From the IMG/VR virus record IMGVR_UViG_2891339218_000001, positions 8,933-72,932 of that record: a DNA stretch of 64,000 nt, one strand, 5' to 3'. This stretch comes from a virus. Taxonomy: Duplodnaviria; Caudoviricetes. Both the position numbers and the translations under genes were made by a program. Of the stretch, positions 45,409-54,899 are shown one piece after another (position 1 is the stretch's first letter; every line of letters begins with the position of its first letter). A model generated the notes under the pieces. That model saw only the letters and a program-made list of their open reading frames with translations. It was not told the DNA's origin and made no database searches.

Positions 45409-45614
45409 AGGCCAAGATCCCCTTGGCGCTCGGCCTGCTGACGAGCGAGGTTGTCGAAACCTTCAATCGCTTGATCGAGCGTCGCGATGTGGCGTGCGTA
45501 GCGCTCTCGCCACTCGGGAGTGCGGCGCGATCCGTTGGCTTCCACCGTCAGTATCTTGTCCTGGCGGATCTCGCGCAAATCGATTGCGATGGTGCTTGCC
45601 GGCTTCCGCGTCAC
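45405..45614 (-). CDS. Hypothetical protein (69 aa)
   Basis: Overlapping start/stop with neighbours. Confidence 0.55.
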   Translation of the reverse strand: MTRKPASTIAIDLREIRQDKILTVEANGSRRTPEWRERYARHIATLDQAIEGFDNLARQQAERQGDLGL

Positions 45615-48111
45615 GCCGCTTCCTCCTGACGATCGAAAATGTCGAACATCGTCGGCGTCGCAACTTCTCGCTCCATAGCCTGAAGGTACTTGATGCCGTC
45701 GAGGAAATAGCCGGGGTTAAGCTCGGAGGCGCGACCGCGGCGGCCAAGCTTCAGCGCACGGTAAGGGACCGTGAACAAGCCGCCGAACGGATCGAAAACC
45801 AGATCCCCTTCATTCGAGAACCTCTTGATGAGGCGATCGACGATATCAAACTGGAGCGGGCAGATATGGTTCTCCAGGCCCTTCTTGGTCTGCTCTCCGT
45901 TCAGCGTCCGCATGCGGTTCACGTCATGCCAAGTGAACGCGTCGTGCGCGCCGGGCGCCAGGCTCATAAAGGTGGACGGCAGCGCGCCTCGGACTTCGAG
46001 CGCCTCCCCGATGCGGATATGGATCTCGTAGTCGTAGACGTTCTTCATCGTCCACTCGGTGAAGGCCTTCGCCAGAAGATCCGGGCCAAGGCTGGCGAGC
46101 TCTTCTGGGGTCGGAAGCCGATCGCCGGAAGAGCGCCAAAAGGCGTGAGCATCGACCTGCCACCGGGCGCGGGTGTAATCGTCTTTCGACTTGGAAACGC
46201 GCTCGTCGGCGTAGGCCTTGGAGGTGTCGGACGGCAGCTTGCGGAAGAGCAGGATGTATTCGGGCGAGCCCACGCCCATCTTCGTGCCGTCCTTGCAGTT
46301 TTCGGACCAGCCGAGGCGATAGGTCTGGTTATTCTCGCGCACCACGTCCGTGTTGACGGTGATCATGCCCATGTAGGCAAACCCGTGCTGCATGGTGTGG
46401 AAGAGAGTGCGGGCGTGGAACGGGTTGACTGTCGGCATACCCATGCCGGTGACGTTCCCGAATAGGATGCGGTCCTTGGTGTGGCAGGCATAGACCCGAC
46501 CGGGCTTGAGGATCCGAAGCAGTTCGGGTGTCAGGAAGTCCATCTGCTGGAAGAAATGACCATCGCCGTCAGTGTGGCCGAAGTCATTGTAGCTCGGCGT
46601 GTACTCGTAGTGGTTCGAGAACGGGATAGAGGTGACGATCAGGTCGACGGAGTTGTCGGCCATGGATCTCGCCTCTTCGACGCAATCGTTATTGGCTACC
46701 TGCCACCCCTCGCCGCGCGCTTCGATCCGCTCGACGCCGATGGAGCGGGTCAGGACCTCGGCAGCCGAAAGCTTGTCGAGACCATGTTCACGGATGATTT
46801 CGCTCATTTTCTCGACCATGCGATTATGTGCCTCCCATTTGGCTTGGAGGGTGCGCAGGACCTCGCGCTCGCTCTCCGCGTAGATGATGTGGATCTCGAC
46901 CTCTTCGACCTGCAGGAAGCGGTAGATGCGGTGCAGAGCCTGGATAAAGTCGTTGAACTTGAAGCCGATGCCGAGGAACACAGCCTTGTGGCAGTGGCGC
47001 TGGAAGTTGCAGCCGGAGCCGGCGATGACAGGTTTAGCGGCGAGGTACTGAAACTTGCCCTCGCTGAAATCGACGATGGCCTCTTCGCGCATCTCAAGAT
47101 CCTGGGTGCCGTAGATCGACACGGCCGACGGAACGGCGCGCTCGATCGCGCGGCGCTCGTCTTCAAGATCGTGCCAGATGATGAAATGATCGTTCGGGGC
47201 GCCAGCAAGGATCTCGGTCATCTTCGCGATGCGAGCCTCGAGGGTATCGCGCTTCTCACGGGATGCCGACACGACGCCGACGGCGGTATCCCGGAAGAGC
47301 GCGGCTTGGCCGTCGCGATCAATGCCGCCGTCCGCGATGTTCGATTGAACCTCGTGGTAGATGACCTTGAACGGTGGCAGATCGTATCCTTCCGCCGAAT
47401 GGCCCAGGTCGGCCGGCGACTGCAAAAAGATCGCCCACGAATTAAGCCACAGCCAGAATTCACGCTCCTTGTGCGGGTAGAGCGTCAGATTGTTGGCCTG
47501 GGTGCTGTCGCGCTGGAAGAACCGCGTCAGGGCCTGCCCGGTGTCCATGATGCCAAGGAACCCGGCGTAGTGGATCAACTCCTTATATCGGTTCGGGCTA
47601 GGTGTGGCCGTGGCGACGAAGCGGTACCGCACTTGATCGAACAGCGAGAGGAATGTCTGGTAGGTCTTCGAGCCATAGGAGCGAAGCACAGACGCCTCGT
47701 CCAGGCTGACGGCCGTGAACTGGTTCGGATCGAGCTTTCCGTCGCGAACGGTCTCATAGTTCGTCATGTAGATGCCGGTCTCGCCAGCTTCCTCGATGCG
47801 ACGAATGAACTTGATATCGACGTCGAGCATCTTGCCGTCTCGGCGAAACTCCTGGCGGACGCCGAGCGGCAGGACGAGCCACGGCCGGCGACGGCGGCGC
47901 AAACGAGGCGTAGGACCTCGATCTGGATAACCGACTTGCCCAGGCCGAACGCGGCGAAGATGGCACGCTTCCCGCCGCGCGCCGCCCATACCACGATATC
48001 GCGCTGATGGGGCTTGAGGATCGGGTTCACGTCATTATGAGAGATCGGCAGGCCTGAGACCGGCGCGAGACGGATTTTGCCTTTGAGGAAGTCGCCGTAA
48101 TCCATCGTCAT
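45611..48111 (-). pseudogene. SNF2-type helicase / N4-N6 DNA methyltransferase fusion, frameshifted near 47877
   Basis: N-terminus (PHQ...FGLGKS Walker A) in one frame; LPLGVRQEF, LDEAS, TATPSPN, TSIPF, DPFGG in another. Confidence 0.85.
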
Positions 48112-48132
48112 TCCCCCACGATCCAGTCGGCC

Positions 48133-48540
48133 CTATCGGCCCATTTCCGAGAACGGTCGCGCCAGCGCTTCGCGATGCGCAGCCGCCTCAAAAGCGGCAA
48201 TCTTTTCATCCAGCGAAGCCAGACGGGCGGTAAGTTCTCGTTGCTCACGGTGAGCCTCCTCGACGAGGGCCGCCCTCAAGGCGTCCATTTCTTCGCTATC
48301 GATGCGGCGCGCATTGCCCTCCCAGATCGAACGGGCGCGGCGCTGCGTGAAGTCTTTGGTGACGCGTGGCGAAATGAACCGCACAGCGTGATAGAAAATG
48401 TTGTCGAGCTTGCCGTAACGATGGATCGGCCAAGCGTCTCTCATCAAATCTCTGGCTGCTATGCTCGGGCTCATTCCCTTGTTCCTGCTTGCCTTTCGCT
48501 TGGGGCGTCGCCCCAAATTCTTGTGTTCAAATCCCGACAC
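48133..48540 (-). CDS. Hypothetical regulatory protein (possibly CII-like)
   Basis: RRARSIWEG.ARRIDSEEM plus coiled coil; position downstream of cro. Confidence 0.55.
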   Translation of the reverse strand: MSGFEHKNLGRRPKRKASRNKGMSPSIAARDLMRDAWPIHRYGKLDNIFYHAVRFISPRVTKDFTQRRARSIWEGNARRIDSEEMDALRAALVEEAHREQRELTARLASLDEKIAAFEAAAHREALARPFSEMGR

Positions 48541-49029
48541 CTTGTCGTGCTCCCGTGCGATTGTTCTCGTGTCGAAGGAGAACTGTCATGGACAGGATCA
48601 CTACTGAGAAACGAGATGGCTCCGATGAGCTTGCCGGCTCTTGTGAAGCCATCTCGTCCGGTCCGCCTGGGCCGAACCGTCTAATTCCATTCCCGGTGGC
48701 CGCCGCAGCCAAAGGCCGGGATACTGAGGGCGCCGGGGTATCCTCGGCTTCGGCGTCCTCGTTCGTTCCGTTGGGAGATGCCGTGCACGCAGTCGTTCTG
48801 CGGCTTCGAGGCGATTTCCCAAGGATAAGGGTGAGCGGGCAGCTTGGAGGAGGAAGCCGCCCGCTCGATGATCAGCAGGAGGGGGACCGCTGACCAAATT
48901 TCGAAACCTGATCGCCTTCCGGCGCGCCTGAGGATTCGCCGCGTCCGTCGTCACGGTCGGCCAAGGCGTATGCCAGAGCCGTCGCGCCGCAGAGGATCGT
49001 GAAGCCGATGATGCCGTAGATGAGCCAGC

Positions 49030-49383
49030 TCATGCGTCCACCTCTACCGGCTTCCCGGTCTTATTCAGGAGGCTGCGGAGGATGGACATGCCAAGGTCAG
49101 TGCCGCGCTCGACGGCAGGCCGGAAGCGCCACGCCGAAAAGCCTGGCTCGAACTTGAAGCCGTGCGCAGCGACAAAGTGGGAGTTGTCCAACTCAACCAG
49201 CAGAAGACATATCTCGCCAGAAATCGTCGTGGTCCTGACATCACGGACGGTGTAGACGCACCCCTTTACCGGATACTTCGCGCCAAGACGGGTTGCGCGT
49301 GCTTTGGGCACGATTCCATCCCCGACACGAACGCTGTCGTCCACGAGAACGACCTTCTGCCCAATACGGAAATTGCACGTCAT
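49030..49383 (-). CDS. Hypothetical phage protein (117 aa)
   Basis: FRIGQKVVLVD...G.VYTVR...F.A.RFRP. Confidence 0.65.
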   Translation of the reverse strand: MTCNFRIGQKVVLVDDSVRVGDGIVPKARATRLGAKYPVKGCVYTVRDVRTTTISGEICLLLVELDNSHFVAAHGFKFEPGFSAWRFRPAVERGTDLGMSILRSLLNKTGKPVEVDA

Positions 49384-49510
49384 GCTGCCTTCCTCCTCGG
49401 ACGGGATTGATGGGAACGGACGAATGGAAGCGCGCCGGGAGTTGCCTCAACCGCGAACTGGGCTTCCTGATCGACCGGATAGGTGTGTTCTGTCTCAGGA
49501 CCGCGCGCCG

Positions 49511-50746
49511 TCATTCCGCAGCCTCCAGAGCTTCCGCCAGCCCGAAGGCGGTCATGATGTCGTCGGCACGGTCGGGCATCGCCTTGGCCAGATCGGCGGC
49601 GATCTTCTTTTCCTGTGCCGTGGTGAAATTGCGTGCGGCGCGCTGCCACTCGATCAGGTCGAGGAGCACGTCCGCCCCGGTGTATTCTTGAACGGGGTAG
49701 GAGAAGCCGTACTTGCGGGCGATGGTGTACCGGTTCCAGCCGTCTATGATCACGTCACCCTGGCGGATGATCGGCTCGCGCACGCGGTTGACGGCGATGT
49801 CCTTCTCAAGGCGGTCGTATTCGGCCTTGGACAGTTCCGGGAAGCAGCTCGCGAACGGCAGGCGCTTCACTCCGGACTGCGGCACGTATTCCATGACGAC
49901 GCCGGCTGCGGGGAGAGCGGTATTGGCGGTGCCCTCCCCTGTAGAAAGAACCGTGTTGTTTTGGTCTGCGCGCTCCGCGCCGCCATCTACATCGTCGCCT
50001 CCTGCGTTGGCGGCGGCGCGATCTCGTTCTGCTGCCGCCTCGCGGTCAGTCTCGCGCTCGTCGCTGGTTGGTGCCGTCGCTTCGCCTTGAGTGGCGACGG
50101 TGGCTTTCTCGGAATGGGAATTGGTGGCTTGCCCCGATTGGGCGTTGCAGTATGCCGACGTTTCGTCGGACCGGCCTGGAGTACGCTGATCCGCATCCAT
50201 TTTTTCGCCGCCAGCATCGGGACTTGGTATGCTCGGTTCGCCACCGGAAACCGCCAAGGCTGCGGGCCGGCTGTTATTGGACACGACGCTTTCTTCCGCC
50301 TCGCGCGTCGTCAGCGAGGGTGTGGAGGCGGGAGACGCGCCCTCCGAAGCTTCTTCCGCCGTTACCGGCGCTGTTCTGATGTCTTCGTGCTTGGTGAGGA
50401 TGGAAAGGCCACCGTCGGAGCGGCGAGCAGCTGCGTAGCCGTTGCCCTCACGTGCACGTGCGCGTGTGAGGAGCGAAACGTAGTCGTCGATGCGCTCGCC
50501 TTTTTCCTCGCGCTTCTCCTTCGCCTTTTCGTCAAGGCGCATCTCGCCAATAGCACCCTTGAGCGCGGCGACTTCGGCGGACACATGCTTGCCGTCCCAC
50601 CCAAGACCGCGCAGTTCTTCGCGCAGATCGGCGTAAATCTGTTTCAGGTCATCGGCCGCCTGCTGGCGCATGTCCTCGGCCTCGTTGATGAGGCGGGCAA
50701 CGCGAGCAGCCATGTCGTCGGGGATAGTCTGAGGATCGCCGATCAT
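49511..50746 (-). CDS. GapR/DUF2312-like N-domain, disordered linker and ParB-like C-domain
   Basis: RLINEAE...ADDLKQIYADL...GWD; FPELS..EY..L..DI....VREPI......IDGWNRY. Confidence 0.7.
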   Translation of the reverse strand: MIGDPQTIPDDMAARVARLINEAEDMRQQAADDLKQIYADLREELRGLGWDGKHVSAEVAALKGAIGEMRLDEKAKEKREEKGERIDDYVSLLTRARAREGNGYAAARRSDGGLSILTKHEDIRTAPVTAEEASEGASPASTPSLTTREAEESVVSNNSRPAALAVSGGEPSIPSPDAGGEKMDADQRTPGRSDETSAYCNAQSGQATNSHSEKATVATQGEATAPTSDERETDREAAAERDRAAANAGGDDVDGGAERADQNNTVLSTGEGTANTALPAAGVVMEYVPQSGVKRLPFASCFPELSKAEYDRLEKDIAVNRVREPIIRQGDVIIDGWNRYTIARKYGFSYPVQEYTGADVLLDLIEWQRAARNFTTAQEKKIAADLAKAMPDRADDIMTAFGLAEALEAAE

Positions 50747-50964
50747 GCCGCGGCTCCCGAGGCAGCGACCAGACCGGCCAGATCGGGCCGAAGCTCATGA
50801 GGCGGGATGCCTGTTGCCTCAGAAACAGCTTGAAGGTTCTCAGCGGGAATGCGCCGTTTACCAGTCTCATATCGAGACCATTGGACGCCGCTAACGCCGA
50901 CGAGTTCTCCGGCCTCTTCGATGCTGAGTTTGCGCGCCTTGCGCCATGTCCTGATCTTTTCCAT
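50743..50964 (-). CDS. cro: Cro-like repressor
   Basis: HTH-XRE (WSRYETGKR), ELRPDL; divergent from cI. Confidence 0.88.
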   Translation of the reverse strand: MEKIRTWRKARKLSIEEAGELVGVSGVQWSRYETGKRRIPAENLQAVSEATGIPPHELRPDLAGLVAASGAAA

Positions 50965-50970
50965 GACGCG

Positions 50971-51025
50971 AAATTACCATATTGGCAATTTCAGTCAATC
51001 AGGAAAATTACCAATTTGGCTATTC
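50971..51025. promoter_or_regulatory. Right operators (2 x 21 bp) and PR
   Basis: aaattaccatattggcaattt and aaattaccaatttggctattc; minus-strand TTGACT-16-TAATTT. Confidence 0.8.
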
Positions 51026-51057
51026 GTGGCCACAAGCCTCAAAAGTAGATTGCCACA

Positions 51058-51405
51058 ATGGCAAGCACGAAGACGGCAACAGAGCCAAAAGGCATATTCA
51101 TCAGAGAGTTGATGGAAGCCAGAGGGCTGAAAAACAAGGATATCGCAGAGGCGATTGGTACGAGCGACGTCAATGTCTCGCGCCTTCTAAGTGGGCAGCG
51201 CGGCCTTGATCTCGATTGGCTGCACGCGTTTGCGCGCGCGCTTGATGTGCCAATCTGGGAGCTTTTCCAGCCCCCAGGGCGCAACGGTAGAGTATCGGGA
51301 GAGACCGAAGTTAAATCCCTGCTGAAAAGAATCGACGGGTTACCTGATGAGGCGATCAACCACGTTTGGCGGCTAATTGACGGTTACGTTTCAGACGCCG
51401 AGTGA
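51058..51405 (+). CDS. cI: CI-like repressor lacking S24 peptidase domain
   Basis: HTH-XRE (IAEAIGTS...VSRLLSGQR); 115 aa. Confidence 0.85.
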   Translation: MASTKTATEPKGIFIRELMEARGLKNKDIAEAIGTSDVNVSRLLSGQRGLDLDWLHAFARALDVPIWELFQPPGRNGRVSGETEVKSLLKRIDGLPDEAINHVWRLIDGYVSDAE

Positions 51406-51613
51406 TGTGGACAAAAGGATCGTTGTGATCAATCTGAACCCGCCACTCCCCGCCATGTAGAATTGCCATCGCAATAGAGATTTCAGCGGCTTTGCGTTTG
51501 ATGACGGTCTCCATCTCCTCCTCAGTCTTTACACCGCTGCCGTAGAGCAGGTCGGCAACGGTCTCCTCAGCCTTGTTGGCATACTTCCGCCTGATCTGGT
51601 GGATAATCGCCAT
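51356..51613 (-). CDS. Hypothetical protein (85 aa)
   Basis: GGAGG RBS; LHGGEWRVQIDH. Confidence 0.65.
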   Translation of the reverse strand: MAIIHQIRRKYANKAEETVADLLYGSGVKTEEEMETVIKRKAAEISIAMAILHGGEWRVQIDHNDPFVHITRRLKRNRQLAAKRG

Positions 51614-51627
51614 GACGCGTTACCCTC

Positions 51628-51882
51628 CTAGATCGGCTGCATGTTGCTGACTTCCTCGGGTTTTTCGTCGCCGTGGAAATAGATCAGCTTCGGCTCACCG
51701 AAGTCGCCGCTTTCAGGGTCACCTTCCATCACGGTCGCGAAGACCATGGGCTTCTGTAGCGCCAGGCGCTCGGCCATTCGCCTCGCGTGCATCACGCTCG
51801 TTGCCTGCACCGGGATATCGGGCTTCATGCCGCGCTTGGCTGGGGAGAAGGATTGAACCACGAAAAACTCTGCCATGTTCAT
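51628..51882 (-). CDS. Hypothetical protein downstream of LexA box (84 aa)
   Basis: AAGGAG RBS; FFVVQSF...ARRMAERL...GDPESGDF. Confidence 0.7.
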   Translation of the reverse strand: MNMAEFFVVQSFSPAKRGMKPDIPVQATSVMHARRMAERLALQKPMVFATVMEGDPESGDFGEPKLIYFHGDEKPEEVSNMQPI

Positions 51883-51926
51883 GCTCCTTGGGATTTTGGG
51901 ATGCCCTTAGCATGACTCGAAAACGA

Positions 51927-51941
51927 GAACGCAACAAGAAC
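51927..51941. promoter_or_regulatory. LexA (SOS) box GAAC-N7-GAAC
   Basis: gaac gcaacaa gaac in an AT-rich intergenic promoter region; matches alphaproteobacterial consensus. Confidence 0.75.
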
Positions 51942-52062
51942 AAAGTTAGGAAAATAGTCATACTCGTTAACAGCTACCAGATGTAGCGATTGCACGTAAT
52001 GAGAGTCGCTTTTTCTTGTGCTCCGGCGGAATCTCGCTATCGTGAAATTGGCTCTGAGGGGG

Positions 52063-52272
52063 ATGGAGATGGCCGAAAAGCCGAAATCGAACAACCGCTA
52101 TGCGATGCGCGAGGACGGCACTGGATGGTGGGCCGTCTATGACATCTTCACAGGCATGACGGCCGAGGTGAACGGCGTGCCGCAGGACGGGTTGGACATC
52201 GAGCAGGCCGACGATCTCGTGGACCTTCTGAACGCTGAGTACATCGCTAGACGTAAGGGGACGACGCATTAA
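52063..52272 (+). CDS. Small hypothetical protein
   Basis: W.VYDIFTG..A...GL....ADDLVDLLN; GGAG RBS. Confidence 0.7.
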   Translation: MEMAEKPKSNNRYAMREDGTGWWAVYDIFTGMTAEVNGVPQDGLDIEQADDLVDLLNAEYIARRKGTTH

Positions 52273-52325
52273 GCGGCCGCCACACGGCGATGAATAGGAA
52301 AACTTGAGCCACTATCGCGGTAGAC

Positions 52326-52354
52326 TTGGCGATAGATGCAATTTTAGCTATATT
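52326..52354 (+). promoter_or_regulatory. Sigma70-type promoter for bstA-like gene
   Basis: TTGGCG-17-TATATT. Confidence 0.55.
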
Positions 52355-52518
52355 GAGAGAGATCTTAAACGAAAAGCCGCCCCCGGCCAAGGAAAGCGGC
52401 TTTCGCGAATGATCAGCAACTTGGCTAGAACACTCTGCACACCCCTAAAATAGTGTTTTTGGGGAAGATTTCTAGCCTTGTTGGGCATCACCTCAACCAA
52501 TTGAAAAGGCTAGATAAT

Positions 52519-53433
52519 ATGACAAATACAAGCAGTTTAGCGATCACCCCCACCCAGCTTACATTTGACCTTGAAATCGTCGTTGAAGCTGAAATCGATG
52601 GCGTCGGGATGGGCGTACTCGGGGACGGGACACCATTCCTCACCCTCCGCGGCCTATCTCGGATGTGTGGCGTCGCTATTTCAACTCTCGTCAAGCTTAC
52701 AGACGAGTGGGGACAAATTCCAACAAAGGGACGCGAGCAGAAAATTCGCGACCTGATTAAGGCTCAAGGTTTTGATGACACCGTCTTCTTTCATGCGGTG
52801 AAAAAGAACGGCACGATCCATCACGCTGTTCCAGCCCACGTTTGCATGGCAACTCTCGAATATTATGCCTTCGAGGTTTCTGGGAATGATCACGCGATAA
52901 ATAGTTACCGCACTCTCGCTAAGAAGGGCTTTACGGACTTTGTCTATGCCCAGGTGGGATACAATCCAGACGGCAAGGTAAGTCTGGCATGGCAGCAGTT
53001 TCACGATCGCGTAAGCCTGGTCGCGAATGCTGTCCCGACCGGATACTTCAGCATCTATCAAGAGATCGCCGGCATGATTGTTCCGATGATCAATGCCGGG
53101 ATCGATGTCGGCCCGCACATCGTGCCAGATATCAGCGTGGGGCAGCGCTGGGCCAAGCACTGGAAGGGTGAAAGCCTAGAGGTCGTGTACGGAGAGCGTA
53201 AGCAGTATTTGCACGAATATCCCGTCTACTTCCCTCAGGCGCTCTCAAACCCTCAGACGCCGTATTGCTACCCGGACGAAGCACTAGGCGAATTCCGCAA
53301 ATGGTTCCGTAAAACCTACCTAGGGGATCACCTGCAGGATTATCTTCAGAGCCAGGCAAAGCTCGGGAAAATCAAACCGGCAATCGCAACGAAAGCGATT
53401 GAGGCATTCAAGCCGAAGGCTATCGCGAAGTAG
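52519..53433 (+). CDS. bstA: BstA-family anti-phage (abortive infection) protein
   Basis: GMGVL.DGTPFLT.RGL.RMCG; FHDRV...VP.GYFSI..E; PDISVG..W...W; YP.YFPQ..SNPQ...CYP..ALGEFR.W; located downstream of cI. Confidence 0.8.
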   Translation: MTNTSSLAITPTQLTFDLEIVVEAEIDGVGMGVLGDGTPFLTLRGLSRMCGVAISTLVKLTDEWGQIPTKGREQKIRDLIKAQGFDDTVFFHAVKKNGTIHHAVPAHVCMATLEYYAFEVSGNDHAINSYRTLAKKGFTDFVYAQVGYNPDGKVSLAWQQFHDRVSLVANAVPTGYFSIYQEIAGMIVPMINAGIDVGPHIVPDISVGQRWAKHWKGESLEVVYGERKQYLHEYPVYFPQALSNPQTPYCYPDEALGEFRKWFRKTYLGDHLQDYLQSQAKLGKIKPAIATKAIEAFKPKAIAK

Positions 53434-53457
53434 GCTTCGCCCGGAGAAACATCATCG

Positions 53458-53528
53458 AGCCCGCCCTCACCGGCGGGCTTTTTCGTTCCCACTCCCTTCG
53501 CCCGGCCGGTTCGTCCTGCCGGGTTTTT
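53458..53528 (+). terminator. Tandem intrinsic terminators after bstA
   Basis: AGCCCGCC-ctcacc-GGCGGGCT-tttt and CCCGGC...GCCGGG-ttttt. Confidence 0.8.
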
Positions 53529-53567
53529 CGTGTGGTGATTCTAGCAGGTTTGGTGGCGGCGGCAAGA

Positions 53568-53622
53568 AAATTACCAAATCGGCAATTTCCCTATTGACCA
53601 TTACTTACCATTTCGGTAATTT
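53568..53622 (+). promoter_or_regulatory. Left operators (2 x 21 bp) and PL
   Basis: aaattaccaaatcggcaattt and tacttaccatttcggtaattt; TTGACC-17-TAATTT. Confidence 0.82.
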
Positions 53623-53666
53623 CTTCTCATCACCCCGACACACCGGGAATATGAGGAGCGCCCCAC

Positions 53667-54017
53667 ATGGCACACGAAGCCGACCGCACCGCAGACGCGA
53701 TCCGCATGAACCTGAGCGATCTGGACGCTGTCATCACGAAGGTCCGCCATCTTCACCGGATCGGCAAGGAAGCCCCGAAGGCTTCGGCCCGCTACCTCGA
53801 ATACGTCCGCAACATCCACGAGATGAGCGAGCGCGCTGTATCGGTCGGCGGCAAGGGCCCGCTGTTCGACAACAAGCACCAGCCCATTCCCTTCTGCGGC
53901 CAGTTGGTCGGCTTCACTGCCGAGCAGATGCAAAAGCTCCGCTGGAAGGGCGTCTTCGACGACATGCCGGCCCGCGCAGCCGTCGAACCTTTCCCCTTCC
54001 TCGAAGCTGCGGAGTGA
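53667..54017 (+). CDS. Hypothetical early protein (116 aa)
   Basis: GAGGAG RBS; first gene after PL. Confidence 0.7.
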   Translation: MAHEADRTADAIRMNLSDLDAVITKVRHLHRIGKEAPKASARYLEYVRNIHEMSERAVSVGGKGPLFDNKHQPIPFCGQLVGFTAEQMQKLRWKGVFDDMPARAAVEPFPFLEAAE

Positions 54018-54021
54018 TCCC

Positions 54022-54270
54022 ATGGCCGAGCGTATGACCAGCATCCGCCTTCCCGGCTCCAAGCACGTCGGCTTGGCTGATTGGGGCCGAAAGTCCCGCG
54101 AGGAGATGATCAAGATGATCCGCGATCACGCTGCGGATCAGAGGTCCATGGCCGACGCCATCCTTGCCGCGTCCGACGATGATTTCCTCGTCGAGACCTA
54201 CACGGGCGTCCACGTCCACCGTAACCGGGAGGTCATTCATCCGGCCTCTGCTCTGGAGGCTGCGGAATGA
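54022..54270 (+). CDS. Hypothetical protein (82 aa)
   Basis: Operon context, GGAG RBS. Confidence 0.65.
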   Translation: MAERMTSIRLPGSKHVGLADWGRKSREEMIKMIRDHAADQRSMADAILAASDDDFLVETYTGVHVHRNREVIHPASALEAAE

Positions 54271-54683
54271 CGACCGTCGAGAAAAACTGTGCCGCATGCG
54301 GGGCACCGATCACGGTTCGTCTGGCCGACCACAAGCGCGGCTGGGGACGGTTTTGCGATAAGTCCTGTGCCGCTGGCTACAAGTGCGGCATGCGCCCCCG
54401 TGATGTGAACAAAGGGCACGCCAAGGAAAGCGTGTGGGCTGAGAAGGCATTCAGCGAGCGCGAAGCGGCTGGCGTCGATGAGTGGCCCAAAGTCCCGACC
54501 ATCAAGGAGCAGCTTGGCCGCAAGGTCAAGGTTCGGCCGATCTACCACTCGCCGTCGAGCTGCCGGAAATGCGGCAAGCGCGTAAACGGTCCCGGTCTTT
54601 GTTGGGAATGCGACGAAGCGGAAGAGGCACTCAATGCAATGGAAGCCGGTTGGGATGGGCACAAGACCGGGAGTGCCGCATGA
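54267..54683 (+). CDS. Zinc-finger hypothetical protein
   Basis: CAACG...FCDKSC; CRKCG...CWEC. Confidence 0.7.
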   Translation: MTTVEKNCAACGAPITVRLADHKRGWGRFCDKSCAAGYKCGMRPRDVNKGHAKESVWAEKAFSEREAAGVDEWPKVPTIKEQLGRKVKVRPIYHSPSSCRKCGKRVNGPGLCWECDEAEEALNAMEAGWDGHKTGSAA

Positions 54684-54889
54684 CCCGCTGCGACCTCCAC
54701 ACCCACGCCGAGTGTTCATGCATCGCCTCTGGCGTATCCTGCAGGGTTCAGTCGCCGGTCTACCTCATCCTTGAGGAAGCAAACACCGGCGCGGCCAAGC
54801 ACGGCAACGCCTGCCTGATCCTCCTCGCATTCATTGTTTTCGCAATCGTTATCGGAGCCGGCCTCACGGTCGGGCCGAGCGCAATCTAA
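54680..54889 (+). CDS. Small membrane protein
   Basis: ATGA overlap; C-terminal TM LILLAFIVFAIVIGAG. Confidence 0.55.
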   Translation: MTRCDLHTHAECSCIASGVSCRVQSPVYLILEEANTGAAKHGNACLILLAFIVFAIVIGAGLTVGPSAI

Positions 54890-54899
54890 GGAGCAACGC

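Noticed and set aside
46481-50800. Long plus-strand ORFs 46481-48007, 48489-48893 and 49304-50800 (also 34463-35812, 3792-4985)
   Set aside because: Antisense or unsupported frames with no recognisable motifs
23541-52404. Similar AAAGCCGCCCC...GCGGCTTTC hairpins at 23541 and 52373 as a dispersed repeat
   Set aside because: Short, generic terminator-like stems with different loops
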